From a virus (Duplodnaviria > Caudoviricetes), in the IMG/VR virus record IMGVR_UViG_3300033075_001896, positions 27,918 to 91,917 of that record: DNA of 64,000 nucleotides; one strand, 5' to 3'. Made by a program: the position numbers and the translations under genes. The notes beneath the pieces were generated by a model. The model made no database searches. It was given only the letters and a program-made list of their open reading frames with translations, and had not been told where the DNA came from. How positions within the stretch are numbered: position 1 is the first letter of the stretch; each line of letters begins with the position of its first letter. Positions 35,187 to 44,359 of the stretch are shown piece by piece.

Positions 35187-37847
35187 CTACTCCGTCTCGA
35201 CCGCGCGCCCGCTGCGCAGGGCCGTGGTGGTGTTCTGCCGATTGACGGCCCGCATGACCTCGCGGCCGTCGATCTCTACGATCGTGGGCCCCGGGGGCGG
35301 CGGCGGGGGCGTGTTCACGACGACGGCGGCGGGGGTCTGCGCGGCGGCCATCACGCCCGTCGTGCGGGCGACGTTCGCGGCCGTCACCGCGCCCGCGCCG
35401 GCGGCCTGGGTGTCCACCACGGCGCCCGCCTGCGCGGGGGTCGCGGGGCCTTGCGCGAAGGTCTCCAGGGTGCGCGCCGCGCCCTCCAGGCCCGAGGGCC
35501 GCAGCGCCGCCGGGAGCCCGCGGTACATCGACACGATCTCGCGCGCCACGAGGCGCAAGGGGGCGAGGAGGAGGTTCGGGAGCGAGCTGAAGGTCGTGCG
35601 AATGCCCGCGACGAGGAGCACGAGCGCGAGGCGCGCCCCCGCGAGGTGCACCCCGAACCGCCGCTCCAAGAACCCCCCGACGGCCCGCAGCGCGCCGAGG
35701 ATGAGCCCGAACGCGAACCGGGCCACGAAGATGAAGGGGGCGAAGAGGACGCGGGCGAGGGCGGCGAAGACCCCGACGCGCGCGCGGATCCACCCGAAGA
35801 GGGCCACGAAGGGGGCCGTGAGGGTGCGGCCGATCGCGAGCGCCGCGCGTCCGAGGGCACCCCCGATCCACACCGCCGCCCGCGCGAGGGCCCCGACCAT
35901 CCACGCGAGCGCCATCCCGACGCGCGCCTGCACGACGTACCACGCGAGCACGATCATCGCGACGGCCACGCGCAGGGGCCAGAGCGCGCGCCAGAGCGAC
36001 TGCGCGCCCGCGACGACGCGCCCGCGGAACCGCTCGAACGACCCGTCGGTGCGGCCGAGGAGCACCGCGAGCTCGATGAAGGGGCCGAAGACGAGGTTCA
36101 GGGCGACGCGCAGCGCGCGCCACTTCGGCGACGAGGACGCGAGCTGGTCGGCGTGGCGGTAGGCCCAGAGCGAGGCCAGGCCGATCGCCACCACGGCCAG
36201 GGCGACGGCCGCCAGGACCGGGTTCAGGAGCACGAAGCGCAAGGTCACGCCCGTGAGGCGCTCCATGCCGATGCGCGTCTGCGCGAGGATGCCGGGGAGG
36301 GCGCGCCCCGTCGCGACGAGCTGGCGCCCGAGGGCCTGCGCGAGCGCCGCGGCGTTGCCCGCGACGAAGCGGCCCGTCGTCGGGTCGCGCGTCGGCCCGA
36401 GGAGCCGGAGGACGGGCAGGGTGATCAGGCCCGCCGCGCGGACGGCGAGCGTCGCGGCCTTCACGAGCGCGAGCATCGTCACGAGGCGTCCGAGGCGCTC
36501 CCCGAGGCGGGTCGCTTCGGCCCGCGTCATCGTCATGCCCGCCTGCGTGATCCCGAGCGCGTCGGTCACGGCGCGGATGCGCCGCGCGCCGTCGCTAAAA
36601 CCCCGGGCGAGGCCCTCGACGAAGCCGCCGACGAGCGCGCGCACGCGGTTGAAGAACCGCGCCGTCGCGACGACCGTCGGCCAGAGCCCTTTGTCCACGA
36701 GGTTCATGCGCAGGCCGCGGGGGATCTGCGCGAGCCCTCGGCCGTTGTCCGAGGACACGAGCGCCGCGACGCCCTCGATCACGAGCGCGAAGCGGCGGAG
36801 CGTCTGCGTGACCGAGCGCGTGGCGCCCCCCGCGTCCCGGTTCCAGCGCTCGCGCACGTCGACGAACGCGCCGCCGAGGACGCCCACGAGGATGCGCCCG
36901 ACGCCGAGCACCGTCGCGACGGTGTACTTCACCGTGCGCGCGATCTCGCTCATGTTGCCCGTGAGCGCGCCCGAGAGCTTGTCGATGAACCAGATGAGGT
37001 AGGGGCCGAGCTCGCGGTAGAGCGTCCGGTAGAAGAGGCCCGCGAGGTCCTGAAGGTCCGAGAGCTTCGCGGCCAGGGTCGCCGCGGCGCGGTCGAGGCC
37101 GCCCGAGAACCGCGCGCGCATCCCCTCGCGCAGGGCCGTGATCACCCGCTCGGCGGGGATGCCGCTGCGGGCGATTTTCTGGAGCTGCTCTCCGGTGAGG
37201 CCCAGGCGCTCGCGCAGAATGTCGTACGCGGGGACGCCTGAGCGGACGAGCATGTTCAGATGCCCGACGGTGGTCTTGCCCGTCGCGCGGATCTGCCCGA
37301 ACACGCGCGACATGCGCTCGACGCCCTCGAAGCCCGTGTTCGCCGTGAAGGCCGCGTCGCCGAAGTCCGTGAGGAGACCCGTCACGTCCCGGGCCTGGAA
37401 GCCGAACGTCTGGAGGAGCCGCGACGCGCTCGCGAGCTGCGCAAACTCGAAGGGCTTCCCGATCGCAAAGCGCTGGAGTTCTTCGAGGTGCGCGCGCGCC
37501 GCGTCCGCGCCACCGAGCATCGTTGTGAACGCGAGCTCGAGGTTCTCGATCTCGGAGCCCGACCGGATCGCGTGGCCGATGAGGTCGCGGAGCATCGACC
37601 CGGCCGTTCGAAGCATCGACCCGAACGACGGGAGGATCGTGGTCGTGCCCGCGAGCGCGCGGTTGAGGCGCTCGGCGGCGCCCTTCACCCCGTCGAGGCC
37701 GCGCTGAAGGAGCGTGGGGCCCTGCGTGTTCCCGCGGAGCCGCGCCTGGAGCCCCTTCCAGGCCCCCTCGATCTTCGTTGCGGCGGAGCTGAACGCGTCC
37801 TTCAGCGTTACGCGCAACCCGATGTCGAGCTCCTCGTCGTCGAACAC
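35187..37847 (-). CDS. Tape measure protein
   Basis: LAFTTMLGG, PFEFAQL, FGQIRATGK, GVPAYDIL; hydrophobic helical C-terminal half. Confidence 0.92.
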   Translation of the reverse strand: MFDDEELDIGLRVTLKDAFSSAATKIEGAWKGLQARLRGNTQGPTLLQRGLDGVKGAAERLNRALAGTTTILPSFGSMLRTAGSMLRDLIGHAIRSGSEIENLELAFTTMLGGADAARAHLEELQRFAIGKPFEFAQLASASRLLQTFGFQARDVTGLLTDFGDAAFTANTGFEGVERMSRVFGQIRATGKTTVGHLNMLVRSGVPAYDILRERLGLTGEQLQKIARSGIPAERVITALREGMRARFSGGLDRAAATLAAKLSDLQDLAGLFYRTLYRELGPYLIWFIDKLSGALTGNMSEIARTVKYTVATVLGVGRILVGVLGGAFVDVRERWNRDAGGATRSVTQTLRRFALVIEGVAALVSSDNGRGLAQIPRGLRMNLVDKGLWPTVVATARFFNRVRALVGGFVEGLARGFSDGARRIRAVTDALGITQAGMTMTRAEATRLGERLGRLVTMLALVKAATLAVRAAGLITLPVLRLLGPTRDPTTGRFVAGNAAALAQALGRQLVATGRALPGILAQTRIGMERLTGVTLRFVLLNPVLAAVALAVVAIGLASLWAYRHADQLASSSPKWRALRVALNLVFGPFIELAVLLGRTDGSFERFRGRVVAGAQSLWRALWPLRVAVAMIVLAWYVVQARVGMALAWMVGALARAAVWIGGALGRAALAIGRTLTAPFVALFGWIRARVGVFAALARVLFAPFIFVARFAFGLILGALRAVGGFLERRFGVHLAGARLALVLLVAGIRTTFSSLPNLLLAPLRLVAREIVSMYRGLPAALRPSGLEGAARTLETFAQGPATPAQAGAVVDTQAAGAGAVTAANVARTTGVMAAAQTPAAVVVNTPPPPPPGPTIVEIDGREVMRAVNRQNTTTALRSGRAVETE

Positions 37848-37871
37848 GGCGCCCTTCCCGCGGTGTCACCG

Positions 37872-38075
37872 TCAGACTTTGGGGGTGGCGCTCTGGTACG
37901 CGGCGCGCTCGGCGTCGAGGTCGCGCTTGAGCTGGTCGGCGTAGATCCACCGCAGGGGCGCGGCGAGGTTCATCACGTCGTCGTAGTTCGAGAACACGCG
38001 CCCCTTCATGAGGAGGTACGCGTCCCCGTCGGGGTTCATCAGTCCAGCGCGGACACAATGTGCTGGAAGAAAAAA
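37872..38075 (-). CDS. Tail assembly chaperone C-terminal extension (-1 frameshift product)
   Basis: Open -1 frame after the slippery T TTT TTC. Confidence 0.7.
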   Translation of the reverse strand, partial: FFLPAHCVRAGLMNPDGDAYLLMKGRVFSNYDDVMNLAAPLRWIYADQLKRDLDAERAAYQSATPKV

Positions 38076-38938
38076 CTTGGATCGTCGTGCAGGCTGAAGA
38101 AGAAGGGCTTGGAGCACCCCCTGCACGCGAGCTGCACGCGCGTCTTCGGCCCGCCCATCGGGAACCAGAGCTTCTCGTCGCCCTCGTCCTCGCCCTCCGT
38201 CGGCTCCTCACGCTCGATCGTCACGCCGAGCTTGCGCCCGAGGTCGAGGGCCTTCTCGCGCCACGCGGCCTCGTGGTCGGGGGAGAGGAACGTCCTGGGT
38301 TCGGTGAGGGCGTGCACCTGCCGCAGGGCGTTGAGCACGTCGCCCGGGAGGTCGAGGAGCGCGCGCGGGCCGACGACCTTGCCGTCGAGCTCCTTCACCA
38401 ACGCGAGCGGTCGATCGATCGGCCCGAGGTGGCCCTGCGTCACGAACTTCTGGAACTGCTCATCGGTGACCCCGGACTCGACGCCGATCAGGAATCGGTA
38501 CGCCTTGCCCGCGTGGTCTTGGAGCGTGAGCGTCCACCCATCCGCCAGGATCGCGGGGTCGTAGGCGAGGTCGGCGATCTCGTCGAGGTGCCACGCGCTC
38601 TCGTTGTCCTGCCCGCAGTGGGGGCACTTCGGCGTGACGCGACACTCCGAGCCGTAGGTGATCGTGCGCGCGAGCATGAACGCCCGACGCCGCGAGCCGT
38701 CGGGCATCCGGCGCACGAGGTCGCGCAGCCGGTCGTTCGTGTGGCGCTTGCCGTCGAGGGTGAGGATCGACCGCACGAGCGCGTCGGTGATCGCCCCGGG
38801 GAGATCTTCGAACTTCCCGTCGCGGTTCGGGGTGAGGCGCTTCTGCGCGTGGCCGTCGAGAGGGCGGACGACGATCGACCGGCCGCACGGGAGCACGGTG
38901 GCCTTCTGGGGGTCGTACGTGGTGGAGGAGTCGCTCAT
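38039..38938 (-). CDS. Tail assembly chaperone
   Basis: Between tube and TMP; TYG..CPHC and CRGC; start MSDSSTTY after the TGAC motif. Confidence 0.75.
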   Translation of the reverse strand: MSDSSTTYDPQKATVLPCGRSIVVRPLDGHAQKRLTPNRDGKFEDLPGAITDALVRSILTLDGKRHTNDRLRDLVRRMPDGSRRRAFMLARTITYGSECRVTPKCPHCGQDNESAWHLDEIADLAYDPAILADGWTLTLQDHAGKAYRFLIGVESGVTDEQFQKFVTQGHLGPIDRPLALVKELDGKVVGPRALLDLPGDVLNALRQVHALTEPRTFLSPDHEAAWREKALDLGRKLGVTIEREEPTEGEDEGDEKLWFPMGGPKTRVQLACRGCSKPFFFSLHDDPSFFFQHIVSALD

Positions 38939-38976
38939 ACGCCTCCGCGCGGCGTCAACGTGGCGCCGCGTTGGCG

Positions 38977-39447
38977 TCAGGCGAGTTCGGCCGTGTCGAG
39001 CGAGAACTTCATGTCGGGCACGAGCGCGTCTTCCTTGCCCGCTTCGAGCTCGAGCTTCCCGAAGTCGGTCGGGAAGCACCCACTGAGCTTCCACGTCTCC
39101 TTTTCGGTGCCGTCGAGGTCGTAGATCACGACGGAGAGCTCACGCTTCGCGGCCTCGGGCGTCGCCGAGGTCTTGCCCGTCTGGGGGTTGATGCACTGCC
39201 GCCGCCACGCCTGGAGGTACTGGCGCACGGTCCCATCGGCGGCCTCGAACATCGACACTTCGAGTTCATCGAGCTCGCCCATGCCCGAAGGGAAGTGGGT
39301 CGGCATGGCGTTGCCCGCGGACTGCACGCTGGTGCGCTTGATCTTGCCGATGGGGACCGAGACCTTCTTGCACCAGCCGAGGGGCATCCCCTCGCCGAAG
39401 AGCTGGAAACGGCCAGAGACGAGCGGGGGACCGGGGGTAGGGTACAT
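38977..39447 (-). CDS. Tail tube protein (T4 gp19-like)
   Basis: AWRRQC, KRELSVVIYD..G...WKLSGCFP. Confidence 0.9.
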   Translation of the reverse strand: MYPTPGPPLVSGRFQLFGEGMPLGWCKKVSVPIGKIKRTSVQSAGNAMPTHFPSGMGELDELEVSMFEAADGTVRQYLQAWRRQCINPQTGKTSATPEAAKRELSVVIYDLDGTEKETWKLSGCFPTDFGKLELEAGKEDALVPDMKFSLDTAELA

Positions 39448-39497
39448 GGTGCGACTCCTCACCTGTAGGAGCGCGCGTCACCCGCGGGGGCGGGGGA

Positions 39498-41684
39498 TCA
39501 GGCGGTGGCGCCGGGCGGGAGGACGACGATGCCGATCTCCTGCTCTTCGGACGCGCCCTGGGGCACGACGAACACGTCGATGTGCGTGCGCTTCGCGGCC
39601 CGCTCCTCGGGCGGGTTGTTGCTCGATCCGCACTCGACGCGGAAGCGCGGCACGTCCTGGTCGTCGCGCTCGATCGTCCCGCGCTTCTGCGCGAGGCGCT
39701 CCATGAACTTCTCGGTGCGGGCCTTCATCCCGCGCCAGAGGATCGTGTCGTTCGGCTCGTGGCGGTCGGGGCGGTTGCCCTCGCGCACCTGCTCGCCGAT
39801 GAAGTCCACGAGGAGGCAGGCGTTCAGGCGGTCGAGCTGCGAGGGGGTGCGCTGGAGCGTGGCCTGCCCCTCGATCACGAACCCGTCGGAGGGGTCGTTG
39901 TAGAAGGGGTTCACGCCCGTGCGCACCATGGCCTCGACGTCGTCGGGCCCCGGGGCGACGCGCAGCTCGCGCACCTCGATCGAGAGCTTCGCCCGCTTCG
40001 AGCCCGCCATCGGGAGCCAGGGCCCGGACTCCTTCGTCGCGGCGGCGAGCGCGGCGTAGACCTCGCCCTCCGACGGAATCCACAGCTCCTCGCGGGTGCG
40101 CGGGTCGATCACCCGGTGCCACCCGGCGTAGAGGGCGCCGTAGGCCGAGTCGATCGCCGTCCCCGAGGCGTAGGGACTCTCGCGGCGGCGGAACGCCTTG
40201 GCGTTCGCGACGGTGGTGATCGCATACGGGATCGTGCCGACGTACCGGACCTCGGTGAGGTTCGCGGCCCACGCGGTGCCCGCGACGTGCGCGTCGTGGT
40301 CGGTGACGCCGGGGCAGGACGCGAGGCGGAAGTGGGCGTCGGGGTCGAACGCGTGCAGGCCCGTGCGCGTCGTCGCGTGCCCGATGTAGTCCGTGTAGGC
40401 CAGCGACGTGAGCCCGTCGTTCCCGCCCGTGGGCGTGTACGTGCCGTTCGCGGGGCGGTTCGACGGCGCGGCCGTGACGCTCGCGAGGTTCGCCCCGCGG
40501 TAGCGGATCGACTCGTCCCGCAGCACGCTCACGAAGTAGCGCGGGTCGGTCGAGCTCATCGAGAGCCGGTCGTGCGTCTCCAGCACGACGCCCGCGGCGG
40601 TGGTGACGCGCACCCGGAAGCGCGTCGCGGGCTCGCCCGGGTCGTCGTCGATCACGAGCCGCGTCCCGTGCGCCCACGTGCCGTCCGAGCTCGCGGTGAA
40701 GGTGGCCGTGTTCACGCCCGTCGAGGCGCCCTGCACCTCGGCGTTGCCGAAGCCGAGTTCGTCGTCAGCCGTCGACGAGCTGATCACCTGCACGTAGCTC
40801 CCGCTCCCGGTCGTCGTGGACTCGACGTAGGGGTGGCCGTCCGCGTCGGCGCCCGCGGCGGAGCCCGTGACGGCGCCCTCCACCACGCTCTCGAACTCGG
40901 CGGCCGTGACCGCCTCGATGTCGGCGACGTTCGACGACCCGAGGGAGCTCGACGCCTGGCCGCTCGTGAAGCCGAGCGACGCGAGCACGTCCGCGTCGGT
41001 CGAGGCGTGGACGGAGAGGGCGGCGCCCGTGCCCTTCTTGTCGGTGGTGATGCGGACGTTGCCGCTCGACACGTCGGCGTAGACGCCCGGGATGCCGATG
41101 TTGATCGCGGCGGCGAAGAGGTCGGCGCTGTTCTCGGACCCGGCGAAGGCCACCGCGCGCTGGACGCCGTTCACGACGAGGACGAGCGAGTGCCCGCCCG
41201 TGACGGCCGCGTGGGTGCCGCCCGAGGCCGTGAGGCGCCGCGCGTACGCGTTGAAGGTGGCGGTGAGGTTCGAGCCGCGATCGACGCTCACGATGAACGT
41301 GTCGCCGTGGGCGAGGCGCACCGGGAAGGTGGCGGAGCCCGTGACGCGCGCGCGGCCCGCGACGCTCGATCGGTCGCGCACCGTGACGGACGCGGCGGCG
41401 CTCGTCTTCGTGGCGGAGTCGGCGATGTCGGAGTAGTGCACGACGCGCGAGACGCGCAGGGCGCACCCCGCGTCGAGCGCGCGCTTCGCGCATCGCGTCC
41501 CGACGTAGCCGCTCACGTGGTCCCCGTAGAGGGCCTGGAACTCGGGCCACGAGGTGACCTCCCGCGACTCGCCGATCGGGCCGCGCTCGGTGACGAGCGC
41601 CATCGCGCCGAGGGCCACCGCGTCGGCGGCGATGTACCCGGAGCGATCCTGAATGCTGGTTCTCTGTCCTACGCTTCGCGCCAT
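39498..41684 (-). CDS. Tail sheath protein
   Basis: TERGPIG..VTSWPEF..YG, GLHAFD, GVNPF, RLN, FRVEC..NNP, VVP...EE. Confidence 0.95.
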   Translation of the reverse strand: MARSVGQRTSIQDRSGYIAADAVALGAMALVTERGPIGESREVTSWPEFQALYGDHVSGYVGTRCAKRALDAGCALRVSRVVHYSDIADSATKTSAAASVTVRDRSSVAGRARVTGSATFPVRLAHGDTFIVSVDRGSNLTATFNAYARRLTASGGTHAAVTGGHSLVLVVNGVQRAVAFAGSENSADLFAAAINIGIPGVYADVSSGNVRITTDKKGTGAALSVHASTDADVLASLGFTSGQASSSLGSSNVADIEAVTAAEFESVVEGAVTGSAAGADADGHPYVESTTTGSGSYVQVISSSTADDELGFGNAEVQGASTGVNTATFTASSDGTWAHGTRLVIDDDPGEPATRFRVRVTTAAGVVLETHDRLSMSSTDPRYFVSVLRDESIRYRGANLASVTAAPSNRPANGTYTPTGGNDGLTSLAYTDYIGHATTRTGLHAFDPDAHFRLASCPGVTDHDAHVAGTAWAANLTEVRYVGTIPYAITTVANAKAFRRRESPYASGTAIDSAYGALYAGWHRVIDPRTREELWIPSEGEVYAALAAATKESGPWLPMAGSKRAKLSIEVRELRVAPGPDDVEAMVRTGVNPFYNDPSDGFVIEGQATLQRTPSQLDRLNACLLVDFIGEQVREGNRPDRHEPNDTILWRGMKARTEKFMERLAQKRGTIERDDQDVPRFRVECGSSNNPPEERAAKRTHIDVFVVPQGASEEQEIGIVVLPPGATA

Positions 41685-41722
41685 GGGGGGCTTTCCTCCG
41701 CCCCTCGCCCGCGCGTCACCCG

Positions 41723-42331
41723 TCAGGGCAGGACGCGCACGGCGCTCGCGGTCACCACCAGCGTCTCGGCGGTGTCGACCGTGACGGCCGCCTCGGTGTC
41801 CTGCACCCACGCGAGGCGGATCGACCCGCGGGCCTCGAAGAGGTCCGCCGCGGTGGGCCGCACGTTCGGCATCGACCCGAGGGCCTTCACGGTGAAGAGG
41901 GCGGCGCCGTCGACCTTCGGGTGCAGCTCACACCACCGCTCGAAGTGCGAGATCCCCGCGAGGAGCTGGCGCTCGGCGGAGGTGGCGCCTGTGTTCACGC
42001 CGCTGCGCGTCTGCCACACGACCGTGAAGGTGAGTTCGAAGAACCGCGGCCAGGGCGCCTCTTGCACGGTATCCGCGTCGGCGTTGTAGTTCGCGAGCAC
42101 GCGGGCCTGCGGGGTCGTGTGCTCCTTCAGGCGCCGGGGGTCGGGGCCGAAGAGGAGGAGGCACGGCCAGGCGACCTTCACCGGGTTCCCGGTGTCGGGG
42201 CCCGCGACCTCGACGACGTCGGAGGTGCGGCGGAGGTGGACGCGCGCGCCCCACGGCGCGGCGCCCGACACGAGCTGGCCCTCGGCGCGCAGGCCGTCGA
42301 GGAGCGCCGCGGTCGCGGAGAGGATCGTCAC
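41723..42331 (-). CDS. Putative tail terminator/completion protein
   Basis: Immediately upstream of the sheath; size and composition. Confidence 0.55.
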   Translation of the reverse strand: MTILSATAALLDGLRAEGQLVSGAAPWGARVHLRRTSDVVEVAGPDTGNPVKVAWPCLLLFGPDPRRLKEHTTPQARVLANYNADADTVQEAPWPRFFELTFTVVWQTRSGVNTGATSAERQLLAGISHFERWCELHPKVDGAALFTVKALGSMPNVRPTAADLFEARGSIRLAWVQDTEAAVTVDTAETLVVTASAVRVLP

Positions 42332-42493
42332 GCCCCTCGCCCGCGCGTCTACCCCGTCAGGGGCGGAGGATCGCGTCGGAGGGCGCGTACCAGTCCCACC
42401 GGAGGCGCGCGGCGTCGTCGCGCCACTGCCGCAGGGCGGAGCCCGCGGCGGCGAGCGCGAGCCAGAGCGCCGCGACGCACACGAGGAGGCGGG

Positions 42494-43129
42494 TCAACGG
42501 CGGGTGATCTCCAGCAGCTCGCGCAGGGTCACGTCGGAGAAGCCCGCCTTGCGGCACGCCTCGGCGAAGCGCGCGAGGGCGCGGACCTCCATTTCCGCCA
42601 CGCCCTGGTGCGTGACGTTGAAGAGGTCCGCGATCGTGTAGTGGTCGAGCCCGCCCGGGTGCGCCTCGACCACGCGCAGCGTGCAGGTGTGCGGCGCCGC
42701 CTGGGGCTCCTCACTCGGGCGGTTGAGCGTGATCCCGCCCGAGGGCGTCACGTCGATCGCGAGGTGGTAGCGGCACGCGACGTACGCGCACGGCGACGCG
42801 GCCGTCCCGAGGCCGCGCGCCTGACACTCGCCCCAGGTCCTCGGGCGCGGCGGGAGCGTGCGGTCGCGGAGCGGGTAGCGCTTCTGCCCCGCTTCGAGCG
42901 CCTTCTTGCTCGTCCGCTGGAGCTGGAGGGTGAGCTTCGCGTCGTCGCGGGTGGCGCGTCGCGCGCGCCGCCGCTTGAGGTGGTCGCGCGTCCCCGACAG
43001 AAACTCCTCCCAGAACGGCGCGATCGGCGCGGCCTCGTGGACGACCGGGAGGCGTCGGCGCGCGGGAGGGGCGGGGTCGGTCGTGGGCGGCGCGTCGTCG
43101 CGCGGGGCGTCGAAGTCGAGTCGGTCCAT
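42494..43129 (-). CDS. Zn-binding plus sigma70 region-4-like HTH protein
   Basis: RPRTWGEC...PCAYVACRYHL...TCTL; GGLDHYTIADLFNVTHQGVAEMEVRALARF. Confidence 0.7.
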   Translation of the reverse strand: MDRLDFDAPRDDAPPTTDPAPPARRRLPVVHEAAPIAPFWEEFLSGTRDHLKRRRARRATRDDAKLTLQLQRTSKKALEAGQKRYPLRDRTLPPRPRTWGECQARGLGTAASPCAYVACRYHLAIDVTPSGGITLNRPSEEPQAAPHTCTLRVVEAHPGGLDHYTIADLFNVTHQGVAEMEVRALARFAEACRKAGFSDVTLRELLEITRR

Positions 43130-43143
43130 GGCGCGGGGAGAGA

Positions 43144-43158
43144 GCAACGTGCGCGCCA
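43144..43158 (-). promoter_or_regulatory. Putative sigma54 -24/-12 promoter
   Basis: TGGCGCGCACGTTGC(T), near consensus, 14 nt before ATG. Confidence 0.7.
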
Positions 43159-43659
43159 CTACCGGCGGCGGAGCGCGTCGCGCACGATCTCGTGGACGGT
43201 GCCCCGGACGCGTCGCGCGGCGCGGCGGAGGAAGGGGCGCGGCGGGATCACGATCGCCTCGGTGTCCGCGCGCAGGTGCAGGCCCTCGGCGTGGAGGTAG
43301 CCGCGCATCCGGTCGGTGACGGCGATCGTGACGCCGTACTCGTGGATGCGCACGAGCCGCGCGACCTCGCCCGTGTAGCCCACCCACACCCCGAGGCCCT
43401 CGTTTGCGCCGAGCACGCGCGACGTGAGCGCGTCGTCGAACCGGCCGCCGAGCGGCTCGGTCGAGCCCTTCTGCGCGGCCGTGAAGGGGTGCAGGGCGCG
43501 CGTCCCGCGCATCTCTTCTTGGATCGACTCGACGAGTCGGATGCGCAAGGGGAAGGTCGCGCGGACGAGGCGCGCCCGCAGACGGTCCTTGAGCCCGGTG
43601 AGGAGCTTGTCGGCCTTCGACCAGTCGCCGAAGGTCGTGATCGACACGTCACCACTCAC
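43159..43659 (-). CDS. Virion morphogenesis / neck protein
   Basis: LHPFTAAQKGSTEPL, IHEYG, IVIPPRPFL. Confidence 0.85.
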   Translation of the reverse strand: MSGDVSITTFGDWSKADKLLTGLKDRLRARLVRATFPLRIRLVESIQEEMRGTRALHPFTAAQKGSTEPLGGRFDDALTSRVLGANEGLGVWVGYTGEVARLVRIHEYGVTIAVTDRMRGYLHAEGLHLRADTEAIVIPPRPFLRRAARRVRGTVHEIVRDALRRR

Positions 43660-44042
43660 GCCCGGTCCTCGTCCTCGAAGTACGCCCAGCGGTGCCAGTG
43701 CCGCCCGGCGTAGGTCGCGTGGTCGTCGAGGTGCGTGACGCGGTGGCGGACGGCGCGACCGGCCACCGACACGATCACGTCGCCCACGTGCAGCGTGACG
43801 CCTGCGGCCGCGAGGGCGTCGATCTCGAAGACGACGCGGCCGTCGCTGTTCGCGATCGGACTCGCGCCGCCGGCGGTCATGGCGAGCGCCTGGTTCCGCC
43901 CGGTCTTCACCTGCCCGCGGAGCGTGACGTTCGCGCGGACGGGCGTCCCGATCGGCTCCTCGAACGTCGCGTCGAGCGTCTGCGCGCCGGGGGTCACCTG
44001 CGACACGACGATCTCGACGGGGTGGATGAGGCGCGGGCGCAT
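43656..44042 (-). CDS. Head-closure-like protein
   Basis: Position and size; D..FEEP and GDVI motifs. Confidence 0.6.
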   Translation of the reverse strand: MRPRLIHPVEIVVSQVTPGAQTLDATFEEPIGTPVRANVTLRGQVKTGRNQALAMTAGGASPIANSDGRVVFEIDALAAAGVTLHVGDVIVSVAGRAVRHRVTHLDDHATYAGRHWHRWAYFEDEDRA

Positions 44043-44053
44043 GGGGATCTCCG

Positions 44054-44359
44054 TCAGAGCGAGCGGAACACGCCGCCCGTGAGGTAGCCGTGCCACCCGC
44101 AGCCCTTCGGCGTGCCGGTCGCCGGGTGGTAGATGGACGGTTGGAGCGAGAGCGTCGTCGGGTCGGTCCAGTCGCCCGCGGTGACGGTCCAGCCGCGCGA
44201 TCCGCCCACGGGCAAGACCATCTGCATCGCGCACCCAGGGCAGGCCATGAAGTAGCCGTTGGCGATGCGTTGTACGCAGCCCGGTTCGCATTGGCCCTCG
44301 GCGTCGATGTCCTCGACGAGGCGCGCGGGGACCGTCCTTCGAACGTCGACGTCGGCCAT
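44054..44359 (-). CDS. DUF6527-like protein
   Basis: MACPGC...W.....LSLQPSI...CGWHGYLTGG. Confidence 0.7.
   Translation of the reverse strand: MADVDVRRTVPARLVEDIDAEGQCEPGCVQRIANGYFMACPGCAMQMVLPVGGSRGWTVTAGDWTDPTTLSLQPSIYHPATGTPKGCGWHGYLTGGVFRSL

Noticed and set aside
18128-41684. Extracellular contractile injection system, T6SS or tailocin
   Set aside because: Capsid, portal, protease and both terminase subunits are present, so this is a phage
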